64,000 nucleotides of DNA, taken from Omnitrophica bacterium GWA2_41_15 (GTDB lineage: Bacteria > Omnitrophota > Gorgyraeia > Gygaellales > Profunditerraquicolaceae). Below the pieces are notes generated by a model, which searched no databases, was not told the DNA's origin, and saw only the letters and a program-made list of their open reading frames with translations. Made by a program: the position numbers and the translations under genes. The stretch's first letter is position 1, and every line of letters starts with the position of its first letter. Positions 53,711-62,380 of this stretch are shown piece after piece. The stretch is from NCBI GenBank assembly GCA_919901915.1, contig CAKKQB010000013.1, positions 64,192-128,191 on the forward strand, written 5' to 3'.

Positions 53711-56068
53711 TTAACATTTACTAAATCCGCACCCCTGACATTTGACACAACCCTCTTCGTGACGCAATGTTCCTCCGCAATCAGGACAAACACCCATAAT
53801 CTCCCCATGCAATTTAGCGTTAAAAATAACAGCTTCATCACTAGAAGAGTGCTTCATAGCCATATCTACGGATTCTAAAGAAGCTACAGCCGAGGCGCCA
53901 TTTATCAACCTTTTCTCAATCACACGGGCAATAGCATCAGCGCAAGAAAATATTCGCTGCCCCTTTTCCCATGATGGACTGGGACAACGGATATTGCGCA
54001 ATTGCTCAATAATGGATTTTACCTCAATGCCTGAACGAAAAGCCAGAGAAACCAACCGGCCAATAGCTTCGAGCTGAGAAGCAGCGCAACCACCGGCTTT
54101 ACCCATCTGAGTAAAAAGCTCAAAAGGCATACCTCCTTCATCACTATTGGTTGTTATATATAAGTTACCGCATCCTGTAGCGACTTTGGTCGTTGTGCCG
54201 CTAATTACTTCCGGCCGCGGCTGCGGAGCAATTTCTTTCTTAGTCTCTGGAGTTTTTGTATCCTGTTTTTGCTCATTATGCGCGATATTTAAAACCTGTT
54301 CTTCACGGCTCCTATCACGATATATGGTAATACCCTTACAACCCAATTCATAAGCCAGCTCATAAGCGCGCTCGACATCTTCTATTGTTGCCTCATGAGG
54401 AAAATTAATAGTTTTGGATACAGCGTTATGTGTATATTTCTGAAAGACAGCCTGCATACGCACATGCCACTCAGGCGAAATATCGTGCGAAGTAACAAAT
54501 ACCCTCCTTATGTCTCCGGGAATATCCTTAAAATCATGAATAGAACCTTTTTCAGTAATTCTTTGTATCAACTCGCGGCTATAAAAACCTCTTTCACGCG
54601 CCACCTTTTCAAATAACGGCTCAACCTCCATCAATTTATTATTATCCATTACATTACGATAATAGGATAAAGCGAATAACGGCTCTATCCCTGAAGAACA
54701 GGGCCCGGCAATAATACTAATTGTTCCGGTAGGAGCAATAGTAGTTAAAGTGGCATTGCGCAGACGCAACCCCTTAGAACCTTCTTTTTTATCATAAATA
54801 CTGCCTTCAAAAACAGGAAATAATCCTTTCGTCTTGCCTAATTCCTGCGACTTCTTAATTGCCTCATTTAACACAAAAGACATCACCTTATCGGCAAGGT
54901 TAACCGCTTCATCGCTATTGTAAGGAATATTAAGCTGTATTAATAAACTTGCCCAACCCATAACGCCTAAACCGATTTTACGCGTTAATTTTGTGGCTTT
55001 TTCTATAGCAGGTAATGGAAATTTATTTACATCAATAAGATTGTCCAGAAAATACACGGCTAAATGCGTTACGCTTCTTAATTTATCCCAATCAATCCGT
55101 TCGGCGCACTTTGTTTGCTCAGGATTGATGGTGAGCGTAGTCGAACCATCAATTTCACAGCCTCCTGCTCCTTTTTCCTTAATCATCCGCGCCAAATTTA
55201 CAGAACCTAAATCACAACTTTCATAAGGCAAAAGTACTTGCTCACCACACGGATTTGTTGATTCATATCTTCCCAATTTCGGCGTGGGATTAAAATCATT
55301 CATCCTATCAATAAAAATAAGTCCTGGTTCGCCATTCTTATGCGCCTGTTTTACGATTAAATCAAATACTTTTTTCGCGCTAAGCTGCCGGACGGCTTTA
55401 TTTGTATGGGGGTCAATCAAATCATACTCTTGTCCATTTTGTAATTTCCGCATAAAATCATGAGTTATGGCAACCGAAATATTGAAATTAGTAATCTCTT
55501 TATTACTGTTCTTACAAGTAATAAATTCCAATATATCCGGATGGTCTACACGCAAAATACCCATGTTAGCGCCTCTGCGGCAACCGCCCTGCTTTACCGC
55601 CTCTGTTGCCGCATCATAAACTCTCATAAAAGAAATCGGGCCTGAGGCAACCCCTCCAGTGGTTCTAACCATAGAGTTTTTAGGGCGCAGGCGAGAAAAA
55701 GAAAACCCTGTACCTCCACCGGATTGATGAATCAGAGATGTTGCTTTTAATGTTTCAAATATCGACTCCATAGAATCTTCAATGGGAAGTGTAAAACAAG
55801 CGCTCAATTGAGCAAGCTCTTTTCCCGCGTTCATAAGGCAAGGCGAATTCGGCATAAATTCCAAGGCAGTCATAATACGATAAAAAGCCTCTTCTAATTG
55901 AGCTATCTCTTCTTCTGTCTTACCATAAAGTTTATCCGCGCTGGCAATCGCTTTTGCTACACGGCGAAATAACTCTTGCGGCTTTTCGACAACACAACCC
56001 GTCTCATCCTTGCTCAAATATCTTTTTTCTAATACCTTTAAAGCATTCTCAGAAAGTTTTAATGTCAT
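53711..56068 (-). CDS. nrdJ: class II (adenosylcobalamin-dependent) ribonucleotide reductase
   Basis: 785 aa. Has TNPCGEQ and a C-terminal Cys-rich tail CPDCGG...CVKCQGCGFSKC. Confidence 0.9.
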   Translation of the reverse strand: MTLKLSENALKVLEKRYLSKDETGCVVEKPQELFRRVAKAIASADKLYGKTEEEIAQLEEAFYRIMTALEFMPNSPCLMNAGKELAQLSACFTLPIEDSMESIFETLKATSLIHQSGGGTGFSFSRLRPKNSMVRTTGGVASGPISFMRVYDAATEAVKQGGCRRGANMGILRVDHPDILEFITCKNSNKEITNFNISVAITHDFMRKLQNGQEYDLIDPHTNKAVRQLSAKKVFDLIVKQAHKNGEPGLIFIDRMNDFNPTPKLGRYESTNPCGEQVLLPYESCDLGSVNLARMIKEKGAGGCEIDGSTTLTINPEQTKCAERIDWDKLRSVTHLAVYFLDNLIDVNKFPLPAIEKATKLTRKIGLGVMGWASLLIQLNIPYNSDEAVNLADKVMSFVLNEAIKKSQELGKTKGLFPVFEGSIYDKKEGSKGLRLRNATLTTIAPTGTISIIAGPCSSGIEPLFALSYYRNVMDNNKLMEVEPLFEKVARERGFYSRELIQRITEKGSIHDFKDIPGDIRRVFVTSHDISPEWHVRMQAVFQKYTHNAVSKTINFPHEATIEDVERAYELAYELGCKGITIYRDRSREEQVLNIAHNEQKQDTKTPETKKEIAPQPRPEVISGTTTKVATGCGNLYITTNSDEGGMPFELFTQMGKAGGCAASQLEAIGRLVSLAFRSGIEVKSIIEQLRNIRCPSPSWEKGQRIFSCADAIARVIEKRLINGASAVASLESVDMAMKHSSSDEAVIFNAKLHGEIMGVCPDCGGTLRHEEGCVKCQGCGFSKC

Positions 56069-56160
56069 TTTTTTTCTCCCTATCGTATTACATTTGACAC
56101 TATCATATTACACGTATTGTCAAAAGTATTTAGTTAATTCTTTTATATCTGCTGGCTCTT

Positions 56161-56218
56161 GTCATTCCGGCGAAAGCCGGAATCCAGTCTTCTGGACCCC
56201 GGCTTTCGCCGGGGTGAC
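56161..56218. repeat. core I hairpin + GACCCCGGCTTTCGCCGGGGTGAC hairpin in the nrdJ leader
   Basis: Same module pair as 6123-6215. Confidence 0.8.
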
Positions 56219-56238
56219 ATCTTAAATTTTCTATAATA

Positions 56239-56267
56239 AGTATAACCTATACAAAAATTTTTGTCAA
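56239..56267 (-). promoter_or_regulatory. sigma70-type promoter (tttttcTTGACA-17-TATACT) for nrdJ
   Basis: Minus strand reads TTGACAaaaatttttgtataggtTATACT. Confidence 0.5.
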
Positions 56268-56274
56268 GAAAAAA

Positions 56275-56320
56275 ACACAATCTATAGTATTATATTAAAT
56301 TAAGTATACAATATGCTGTA
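56275..56320. promoter_or_regulatory. candidate tandem NrdR boxes
   Basis: 56275-56290 read on the minus strand gives ATACTATAGATTGTGT, matching 14 of 16 positions of the remembered consensus acaCwAtATaTwGtgt. 56305-56320 (atacaatatgctgtat) matches 12 of 16. Centres are 30 bp apart. Confidence 0.4.
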
Positions 56321-56338
56321 TTTTACCTCGAGTGGGGT

Positions 56339-57367
56339 TTAACCGGGATTTAAAGGTTGACAGGATTCCCTGATAATTAATTCTGATGGCAAAATTATTT
56401 TTTCTATTTTCTCATTATTCCCCGGACGCATAAGCAAGTTTATTTTTTTTACGCTTTCCTCGCCCATCTTAATCAGGGGCTGCCGGACTGTAGTTAAAGC
56501 TACCGGGCCATAAAGACCGGATGGATTATCATCAAAACCTACGATAGACAAATCAGCAGGTATCTTTTTGCCCAATTCTCTGGCTACGCTCATTACCTCC
56601 AAAGCCATAGCATCCGAAGAAACAAATACAGCAGAAGGCCCGTCTTGCATCTTAAGCAAATTTTCCGCGGCACTCCTGGCCTGGCCGCGAGAATAATCCG
56701 TTCTAAATATATATTTTTCGTCTAACGTGATATTGTTCTTCTCTAAAATATGCTTATACCCCTCAAAACGCTGAGTTGCCGCTTGCGTAGCCAAATCGCC
56801 CGTAATATGCGCTACTTTTCTATGCCCCAAACTAATTAAATAATTAACTGCTACCTCCGCTCCGCCTGTATTATCAACAGCAATACAATTAACATTTAAG
56901 TCTTCAATGAAATTATTAATTACCACGCAAGGAATATTATTATCCAGCACGTCTAAAAGCTGTTGGCGATTACCGATAATATCAGCAAAAATTATGCCGC
57001 CTAAACCGCTTAAATTTAAAAATGCCTGCCTATTAGTAAGATGTAACAATAAATCTAATTTTAACGCGTCGCAAAGCGTGCCGATACCGCGTATCAACTC
57101 CAGCGCGTAAAATGAATAAAAAATCCCTTCATATTGCGGCATAACCAAAGTTACTACATTGCTTTTTCCTGTGGCAAGCCTTTGCGCGAATATTGATGGT
57201 TTAAATTTAAGCTCCTCAATTACCTCCAATACCTTAGCGCGATTCTTTTCTCCTACTGTGGGAATTTTATTTATCACACGCGAAACTGTAGTAATAGATA
57301 CCCGGGCTTTACGGGCAACATCCTCTATGGAAATAGTCTTGGAAGGAGTTTTTCTAATGCGGCTCAT
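56339..57367 (-). CDS. LacI family transcriptional regulator
   Basis: 342 aa. An HTH (IEDVARKARVSITTVSRVIN) and a periplasmic-binding-fold sugar sensor. Confidence 0.9.
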   Translation of the reverse strand: MSRIRKTPSKTISIEDVARKARVSITTVSRVINKIPTVGEKNRAKVLEVIEELKFKPSIFAQRLATGKSNVVTLVMPQYEGIFYSFYALELIRGIGTLCDALKLDLLLHLTNRQAFLNLSGLGGIIFADIIGNRQQLLDVLDNNIPCVVINNFIEDLNVNCIAVDNTGGAEVAVNYLISLGHRKVAHITGDLATQAATQRFEGYKHILEKNNITLDEKYIFRTDYSRGQARSAAENLLKMQDGPSAVFVSSDAMALEVMSVARELGKKIPADLSIVGFDDNPSGLYGPVALTTVRQPLIKMGEESVKKINLLMRPGNNEKIEKIILPSELIIRESCQPLNPG

Positions 57368-57381
57368 TCATTAAATCACAA

Positions 57382-57456
57382 ATATACACGAATTTTTTAA
57401 CACGGATTTTCACGGATCTATCCGTGCCCATCCGTATCTTATTTATTCGTGTATAT
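57382..57456. repeat. nested inverted repeat with CACGGAT/ATCCGTG core (B-type) and ATATACACGAAT/ATTCGTGTATAT outer arms
   Basis: cacggattttcacggatctatccgtgcccatccgta, flanked by the outer arms. Confidence 0.75.
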
Positions 57457-57462
57457 CAAGTG

Positions 57463-58326
57463 CTATCTAACAACATCCCCGATCTTAACGGGAAACATTT
57501 CTCTCTTTATATCACAAGCCGCGATATTGCTGCGAGTCTGAATCACTTCAAGAGAAGCGATAAGTTGATCTTCTCTATAAACCCGAAAGATATCACCTAC
57601 CTTGGCGCCCGCGTCAAACCCTAAATTTATAATCACGAAATTACTCTCTTTATTTATTGCTAATACTTTGCCCCTAACGGGCACGACAGGTATTTCCCGC
57701 GCTTCGGGTTCTGCCGATGGACGCACCACAATGGGAGATAGCTCTATGGCTTTTATACCATCCCTTACCTCTTCGGCCTTAGGTATCCGCGGCCCGGGCG
57801 CGCTTTGAATAACATCCGGCTGTTCTTTAAGGTTATCTACCTGCGCTACAGGGCTTGGTATTATCTGCTCTTCTCCTTCAAAACTTTGTTCAACCTTTAT
57901 CTTCTCTTTTTGTGAATCCTGAAATTTTTTCTCCAGATCATTCTTTTGCTCGTTCAACTTACTTAATTGCCGCGTTAGAATCTTATTATCATTTTTTAAT
58001 ACCTCAAATCTCTGCTCTAATAGAGCCTTGGCATTCTTCTCTTCCTCTAATTCACTCGTTATACTATCTATTGCTTTTTGAAGGCCATCCTTTTCCGAAG
58101 AAATCTCATCCATCCCAGCGCTTAAAGAATTAAGCTTTTTTTCATAATCATGCGCGTCGCTTTTAAGCTTATTAATACCATTCTCTAATGTTACCTTTTC
58201 CTCTTTTAAAACTTCTTTATCTCTTATTAATTGCTGCTTAACGCCTTGGGCTTGTATAAAAAGAAGAAAAAAAACTATCGCGAAACCCGCAAGACCTATT
58301 ATAATAAATTTTGTTTTTTGCTCCAT
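57463..58326 (-). CDS. membrane-anchored coiled-coil protein with C-terminal beta-rich domain (hypothetical)
   Basis: 287 aa. An N-terminal TM segment, about 130 aa of heptad-rich sequence, a Pro-rich linker and a C-terminal domain. No family recognised. Confidence 0.6.
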   Translation of the reverse strand: MEQKTKFIIIGLAGFAIVFFLLFIQAQGVKQQLIRDKEVLKEEKVTLENGINKLKSDAHDYEKKLNSLSAGMDEISSEKDGLQKAIDSITSELEEEKNAKALLEQRFEVLKNDNKILTRQLSKLNEQKNDLEKKFQDSQKEKIKVEQSFEGEEQIIPSPVAQVDNLKEQPDVIQSAPGPRIPKAEEVRDGIKAIELSPIVVRPSAEPEAREIPVVPVRGKVLAINKESNFVIINLGFDAGAKVGDIFRVYREDQLIASLEVIQTRSNIAACDIKREMFPVKIGDVVR

Positions 58327-58364
58327 CAGTTCTCCTCAGAAAAGAAAACTTATACTTACTCTAA

Positions 58365-59591
58365 TCAAACAAATGTTTTCTGCATAACAAGGCTTGCCGC
58401 GCCTAATGCTACCGCGTTTTCTCTTAGCTGGGAATAAACTATCCTTAAATCATCGGTTGCCTCCCTAAAAGCCCAAGACTTAACCGTAAAATTAACCTTA
58501 CTTAAAAAATCATCTCCTGCTTCTTCAAGCCCGCCTCCGATAACAACAGTCTGGGGATTAAGCAAATTCACAAGATGCGCGATTTTTATACCTAACCTTC
58601 TGGCTGCCACTTCTAAAACTGAAAGCGCGATTTCATCCCTTGAGCGCACAGCTATAAATACACTTTTTAAATCCACATTATCTATATTACTTGAGGTAAG
58701 CTTAAAAAACTTTTCCGCCTTCTCCTTATCCTTAGCCAGCATTAACTTCACATCGCTGACAATACCCATATCCATTTCCCAATGCTTTATAAAACAACTG
58801 TTGCCGAGAGAACAATTAAAATCATCCTGCTCCTTATAATTAGAAATTGAAACTTCTCCGGCGTAACCTTGAGACCCGCGGTAACAATCGCCATTAATCA
58901 TAATTCCGCACCCCACACCTGAGAACATAAATATAGCATTACTAATATCACGGTTTAGAACAAACCATTTCTCGCCGAAACAAGCGGCGGTCGCGTCATT
59001 TTCAATTAATACTGGTAAATTAAATTCTTTTCCTAATAGATCGCCTAAAGGAAAATCTGCCGAAGCATACGTATAACAATGATCCATCTTTTGAGGCCAG
59101 TGTATGGAACCATTTTTTTTGTTAATCAAACCGGCAATACCTACACCAATGCCTCTTATTTTAGGAGTATACTCCTTTGAGCGCCTGAAAATCTCCCGAA
59201 CAATCTCAAGCAGGCATTCAGCAATATCTTTAACAGAAGGCCTTGGACGGACAATCTGTGTTTTGGTAATGATGTTGCCTTTTAAATCTATCAAAAGGCC
59301 AACCATGTTCATAAGATTTAATCCTACCCCGATAACATAACCGGCTTGAGAATTTAAATCCAAAAGAACAGGCCTTCTTCCGCCTTCCGAAGTATCTAAT
59401 TCTTTCTCGTAAATTAAATCCTGTTTTATAAACTCATCGATATAACTAGAGATAGTTACTACATTTACGCCCATCTCTTTAGATATATCCGGACGGCTTA
59501 TAGGCCCATGCCTTCTTAATATTTCCAATATATCAATATTGCGTTTCTCTTTTTCTGATAAAATTTCTTTTTGAAGGTTTAATGAAGACAT
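58365..59591 (-). CDS. ROK family transcriptional regulator (NagC/XylR-like)
   Basis: 408 aa. An N-terminal wHTH and a ROK sugar-kinase fold (GVGIAGLI, CGCG-type region). Confidence 0.85.
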   Translation of the reverse strand: MSSLNLQKEILSEKEKRNIDILEILRRHGPISRPDISKEMGVNVVTISSYIDEFIKQDLIYEKELDTSEGGRRPVLLDLNSQAGYVIGVGLNLMNMVGLLIDLKGNIITKTQIVRPRPSVKDIAECLLEIVREIFRRSKEYTPKIRGIGVGIAGLINKKNGSIHWPQKMDHCYTYASADFPLGDLLGKEFNLPVLIENDATAACFGEKWFVLNRDISNAIFMFSGVGCGIMINGDCYRGSQGYAGEVSISNYKEQDDFNCSLGNSCFIKHWEMDMGIVSDVKLMLAKDKEKAEKFFKLTSSNIDNVDLKSVFIAVRSRDEIALSVLEVAARRLGIKIAHLVNLLNPQTVVIGGGLEEAGDDFLSKVNFTVKSWAFREATDDLRIVYSQLRENAVALGAASLVMQKTFV

Positions 59592-59644
59592 CTAGCGCAC
59601 CATAAGTATAATTTTTATAAAATTTTCGTACCCGCCATTAACTA

Positions 59645-59673
59645 TTTATACTACTAAAAATAGGGCAAGTCAA
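59645..59673 (-). promoter_or_regulatory. sigma70-type promoter (tttttcTTGACT-17-TATAAA) for the ROK gene
   Basis: Minus strand reads TTGACTtgccctatttttagtagTATAAA. Confidence 0.45.
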
Positions 59674-59775
59674 GAAAAATCGTAGAGATTATTTCGTGTT
59701 TAAGGTAATAAACGTAGATTAAATATAAAAGATATTTGTAGGGGCGGTTCGCGAACCGCCCAAATAATAGAATTA

Positions 59776-61116
59776 TTAATGAAATTTTTTCTTGGCTTTT
59801 TTTGAGATACACAAGGCGGGATTTTTCCAAAACTCTTTGAGCGTATAATAAGCTTTGCGGGGAGAGCGTTTATTCAACCTTTGTCCTGCCGGGTCTTTAC
59901 TGCCTAATAAGGCATCCTCAGGCTCTTGCGACAATGCCACAATACCAAACCACTCTTCATTCATATTTTTATTGCCTTCTACCTTTATATCAAAATAATA
60001 GTTTCCGTTAGACCAATTCGAACCAGTATCATGCTCGAGCCACGTATCAGAGGCATGCTCATCATACTTCCACCATTCATCTGACCACTCAAAAATAACG
60101 CCGCCTAAACAATTGCCCGCGCCTTTCTTATTACCCGCCAGATTCCCATAAATCTGACACCATTGAGATTCCAGGAAAAATGCCTGCATATCCTGATCTT
60201 CCTTTTTTAAATAGGCATCATAACAATCAGCACCAATTTCTACCAAAAGAATTGGCTTGTCAAAAGTTAATTTTAAAGATTTAAAAAGGTTTCCAAAGGT
60301 CTTACCTCTATAGATAATGCAAGCAATCAAATCTACGTCAGGACAATATTCCTTCGCGTATTCCAACCCTGTCAACTCGCCATTCCCCAATGCCACAGGA
60401 TGTTGAGGGTCGAGTTCATGGACAGCTTTCGTCAAATCATTTACATAAGAATAATAAATCCTGGAACGTATGGCTCCTTGTTTCTGGGGATCTGGTTCTT
60501 TTTCTGCTTCTTCGCAGGCCCAAGGATTAACACGGCCTAAACAAGAATAGTTATTTTCATTGCCCATAATCCACATAAGCAATCCGGGCTCGTCCTTATA
60601 TAAGCTGACCATATCCAGGACATCTTTCTTTATTCTTTCCTGAAAACCCTTATCTCCATAGAATGGGCCGGGATACTCCCAAAAAGATAACCAATGGCCT
60701 AAAATTGTGCGTATTCCGTAAAGCTGATAAAGCTCGCTAATTACTTTTTTTACCGCTTCTGGATTATCTCCCGGCTGATAAATTCTTATGGTATTAACCC
60801 CCATCTCATGCATCAGTTTTCCGTCTACAATCCAAGGTTTATTGGGGTCAGACCACCAGTCATATTCGTGATTCTTACCAATAGGAACAGGATTATAACA
60901 AACCCCTTTTACGATGTAAGGTTTTTTATCTACTATCAACTGGTAGTAATTATTTTTAAGTTTTTTAATATAAACTCCGGGCTTTGGCTTTGAGGCCATA
61001 CCCATTAAAAACAGAACACAGAGCACAGAAAACAGAGAACAGAATATTTTTCTCTGTGCTCTGCGCTCTGTTCTCTGTGCTCTATTTTCCGTTCTCTTAT
61101 TCATACTTAATTTCAT
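59776..61116 (-). CDS. clan GH-A (beta/alpha)8 glycoside hydrolase (GH2/GH72-like motifs), paralogue 1
   Basis: 446 aa. Has VKGVCYNP, GVNTIRIY, WIMGNENNY (acid/base) and LLVEIG (nucleophile region). The N-terminal 40 aa are encoded by repeat 61007-61095. Confidence 0.7.
   Translation of the reverse strand: MKLSMNKRTENRAQRTERRAQRKIFCSLFSVLCVLFLMGMASKPKPGVYIKKLKNNYYQLIVDKKPYIVKGVCYNPVPIGKNHEYDWWSDPNKPWIVDGKLMHEMGVNTIRIYQPGDNPEAVKKVISELYQLYGIRTILGHWLSFWEYPGPFYGDKGFQERIKKDVLDMVSLYKDEPGLLMWIMGNENNYSCLGRVNPWACEEAEKEPDPQKQGAIRSRIYYSYVNDLTKAVHELDPQHPVALGNGELTGLEYAKEYCPDVDLIACIIYRGKTFGNLFKSLKLTFDKPILLVEIGADCYDAYLKKEDQDMQAFFLESQWCQIYGNLAGNKKGAGNCLGGVIFEWSDEWWKYDEHASDTWLEHDTGSNWSNGNYYFDIKVEGNKNMNEEWFGIVALSQEPEDALLGSKDPAGQRLNKRSPRKAYYTLKEFWKNPALCISKKAKKKFH
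61007..61095. repeat. C-type heptamer-array hairpin (CAGAGMA)n / (TKCTCTG)n inside the 5' end of the hydrolase ORF
   Basis: acagaacacagagcacagaaaacagagaacagaa-tattttt-ctctgtgctctgcgctctgttctctgtgctc. Confidence 0.8.
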
Positions 61117-62290
61117 CTAAATAAAATGTTACTCCTTGCGGATTATTGTCAAGATTAGCCGCCCAGCAGAAACCACCGATAATATAGGACATATCCTTGC
61201 CCTTTAAATCAATAGAATACTGTGTCCATTCTTTGTTCAGGATAACCGGGCCAATATTAGCTGAATCAGAATCAGAATATTCCCCCATTATTCCGCCAAC
61301 CTTAAATTCCTCGATACGCTCTCCTCCATTTTCTCCGTGCGCCCAAAAGGATAATTTAACAGCCTTGGACAGATCATAACCCGCGTCTATTGTTCCCCAG
61401 TTATTAGCCGGCTCCTGCCAAAACATCCCCGCCCAACGACTGCCTTGAGAAGCCTTATTACCATAAATAATTTTAATACAAGTATCTCCTAAATAAGGGT
61501 TCTCCTTCGACGTTCCATTAAATTTCAAATCACTGTAATCACCCATCCAACCCGAAGAAATAAAGTGGTTTATGGAAGACCTATCAGCATAAACATAGAA
61601 AGGCATCTCCTTTTGTTTTTTGCCTTCCGGTTTCATAGCTGAATCAACCTCAAACTTTATATCGTCAATAAAAAATTTGGCTCCTTCGAGATTCAAATCA
61701 GCGGTAGTAATCCACGAGAAACCACCGCTTACACAAGATAAGTCTTTCCCCGCAAGATTAATTGTATATTGCTTCCATACATCAGTAAGTTCGATCGGCC
61801 CCATTTGCGCGTCTACTGAATCTGGATATGTATTTTTTGGCTCAATACCAATTCCGCCGACCTTTACCTTCTCTATCACTTCCCCGCCTTTAGCGCCTCT
61901 TGCCCAAAAAGTTAACTTAGTCATCCCGGTTAAATCATACCCGCCTTTTTTGCTTCCCCAATTATTAGCCGGATTCTGCCAATAAACACCTACCCATTCC
62001 TTGCCTTGCGATCTCTTGGCGGTATATTCAAATTCAATGCAAGTACTTCCTGAATGAGGGTCTTCCGTAGACTGATCATTCATCTTAACATCGCCATAAT
62101 CACCCATCCATCCGGAAGGGGCATAATGATTTTCACGGCTATTTCTATCCGCGTAAACCACGAATTCCTTAGTGCCCGCGACACTCTCAACAACTTGAGT
62201 TGTTTCTCCGGTTTCCCCTGCTTCCTGCGCCATTACGCAAAAAGGCAACGCCAAAATCGCTGCTACTAACACCACTAACAACTTCTTCAT
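61097..62290 (-). CDS. secreted protein with two tandem carbohydrate-binding-module-like domains
   Basis: 397 aa with a signal peptide. Internal duplication: YADRNSRENHYAPSGWMGDYGDVKMN...YWQNPANNWG versus YADRSSINHFISSGWMGDYSDLKFN...FWQEPANNWG. Confidence 0.65.
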   Translation of the reverse strand: MKKLLVVLVAAILALPFCVMAQEAGETGETTQVVESVAGTKEFVVYADRNSRENHYAPSGWMGDYGDVKMNDQSTEDPHSGSTCIEFEYTAKRSQGKEWVGVYWQNPANNWGSKKGGYDLTGMTKLTFWARGAKGGEVIEKVKVGGIGIEPKNTYPDSVDAQMGPIELTDVWKQYTINLAGKDLSCVSGGFSWITTADLNLEGAKFFIDDIKFEVDSAMKPEGKKQKEMPFYVYADRSSINHFISSGWMGDYSDLKFNGTSKENPYLGDTCIKIIYGNKASQGSRWAGMFWQEPANNWGTIDAGYDLSKAVKLSFWAHGENGGERIEEFKVGGIMGEYSDSDSANIGPVILNKEWTQYSIDLKGKDMSYIIGGFCWAANLDNNPQGVTFYLDEIKYE

Positions 62291-62307
62291 TTTACCCCTC
62301 CCATTTT

Positions 62308-62379
62308 TCGTATTACGTGATGCGTGACGCGTATCGCGTTAAAATTTTCGCAATACGCACAACGCACGACGCAATACGA
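62308..62379. repeat. D-type heptamer hairpin (CGTNNNN units)
   Basis: tcgtatta cgtgatg cgtgacg cgtatcg cg-ttaaaatttt-cg caatacg cacaacg cacgacg caatacga. The arms are only partly complementary. Confidence 0.65.
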
Positions 62380-62380
62380 A

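Noticed and set aside
56069-56238. Cobalamin riboswitch in the nrdJ leader.
   Set aside because: No B12-box-like sequence was recognised. The leader is mostly occupied by the two capped hairpin repeats. B12 riboswitches usually control B12-independent isozymes rather than nrdJ.
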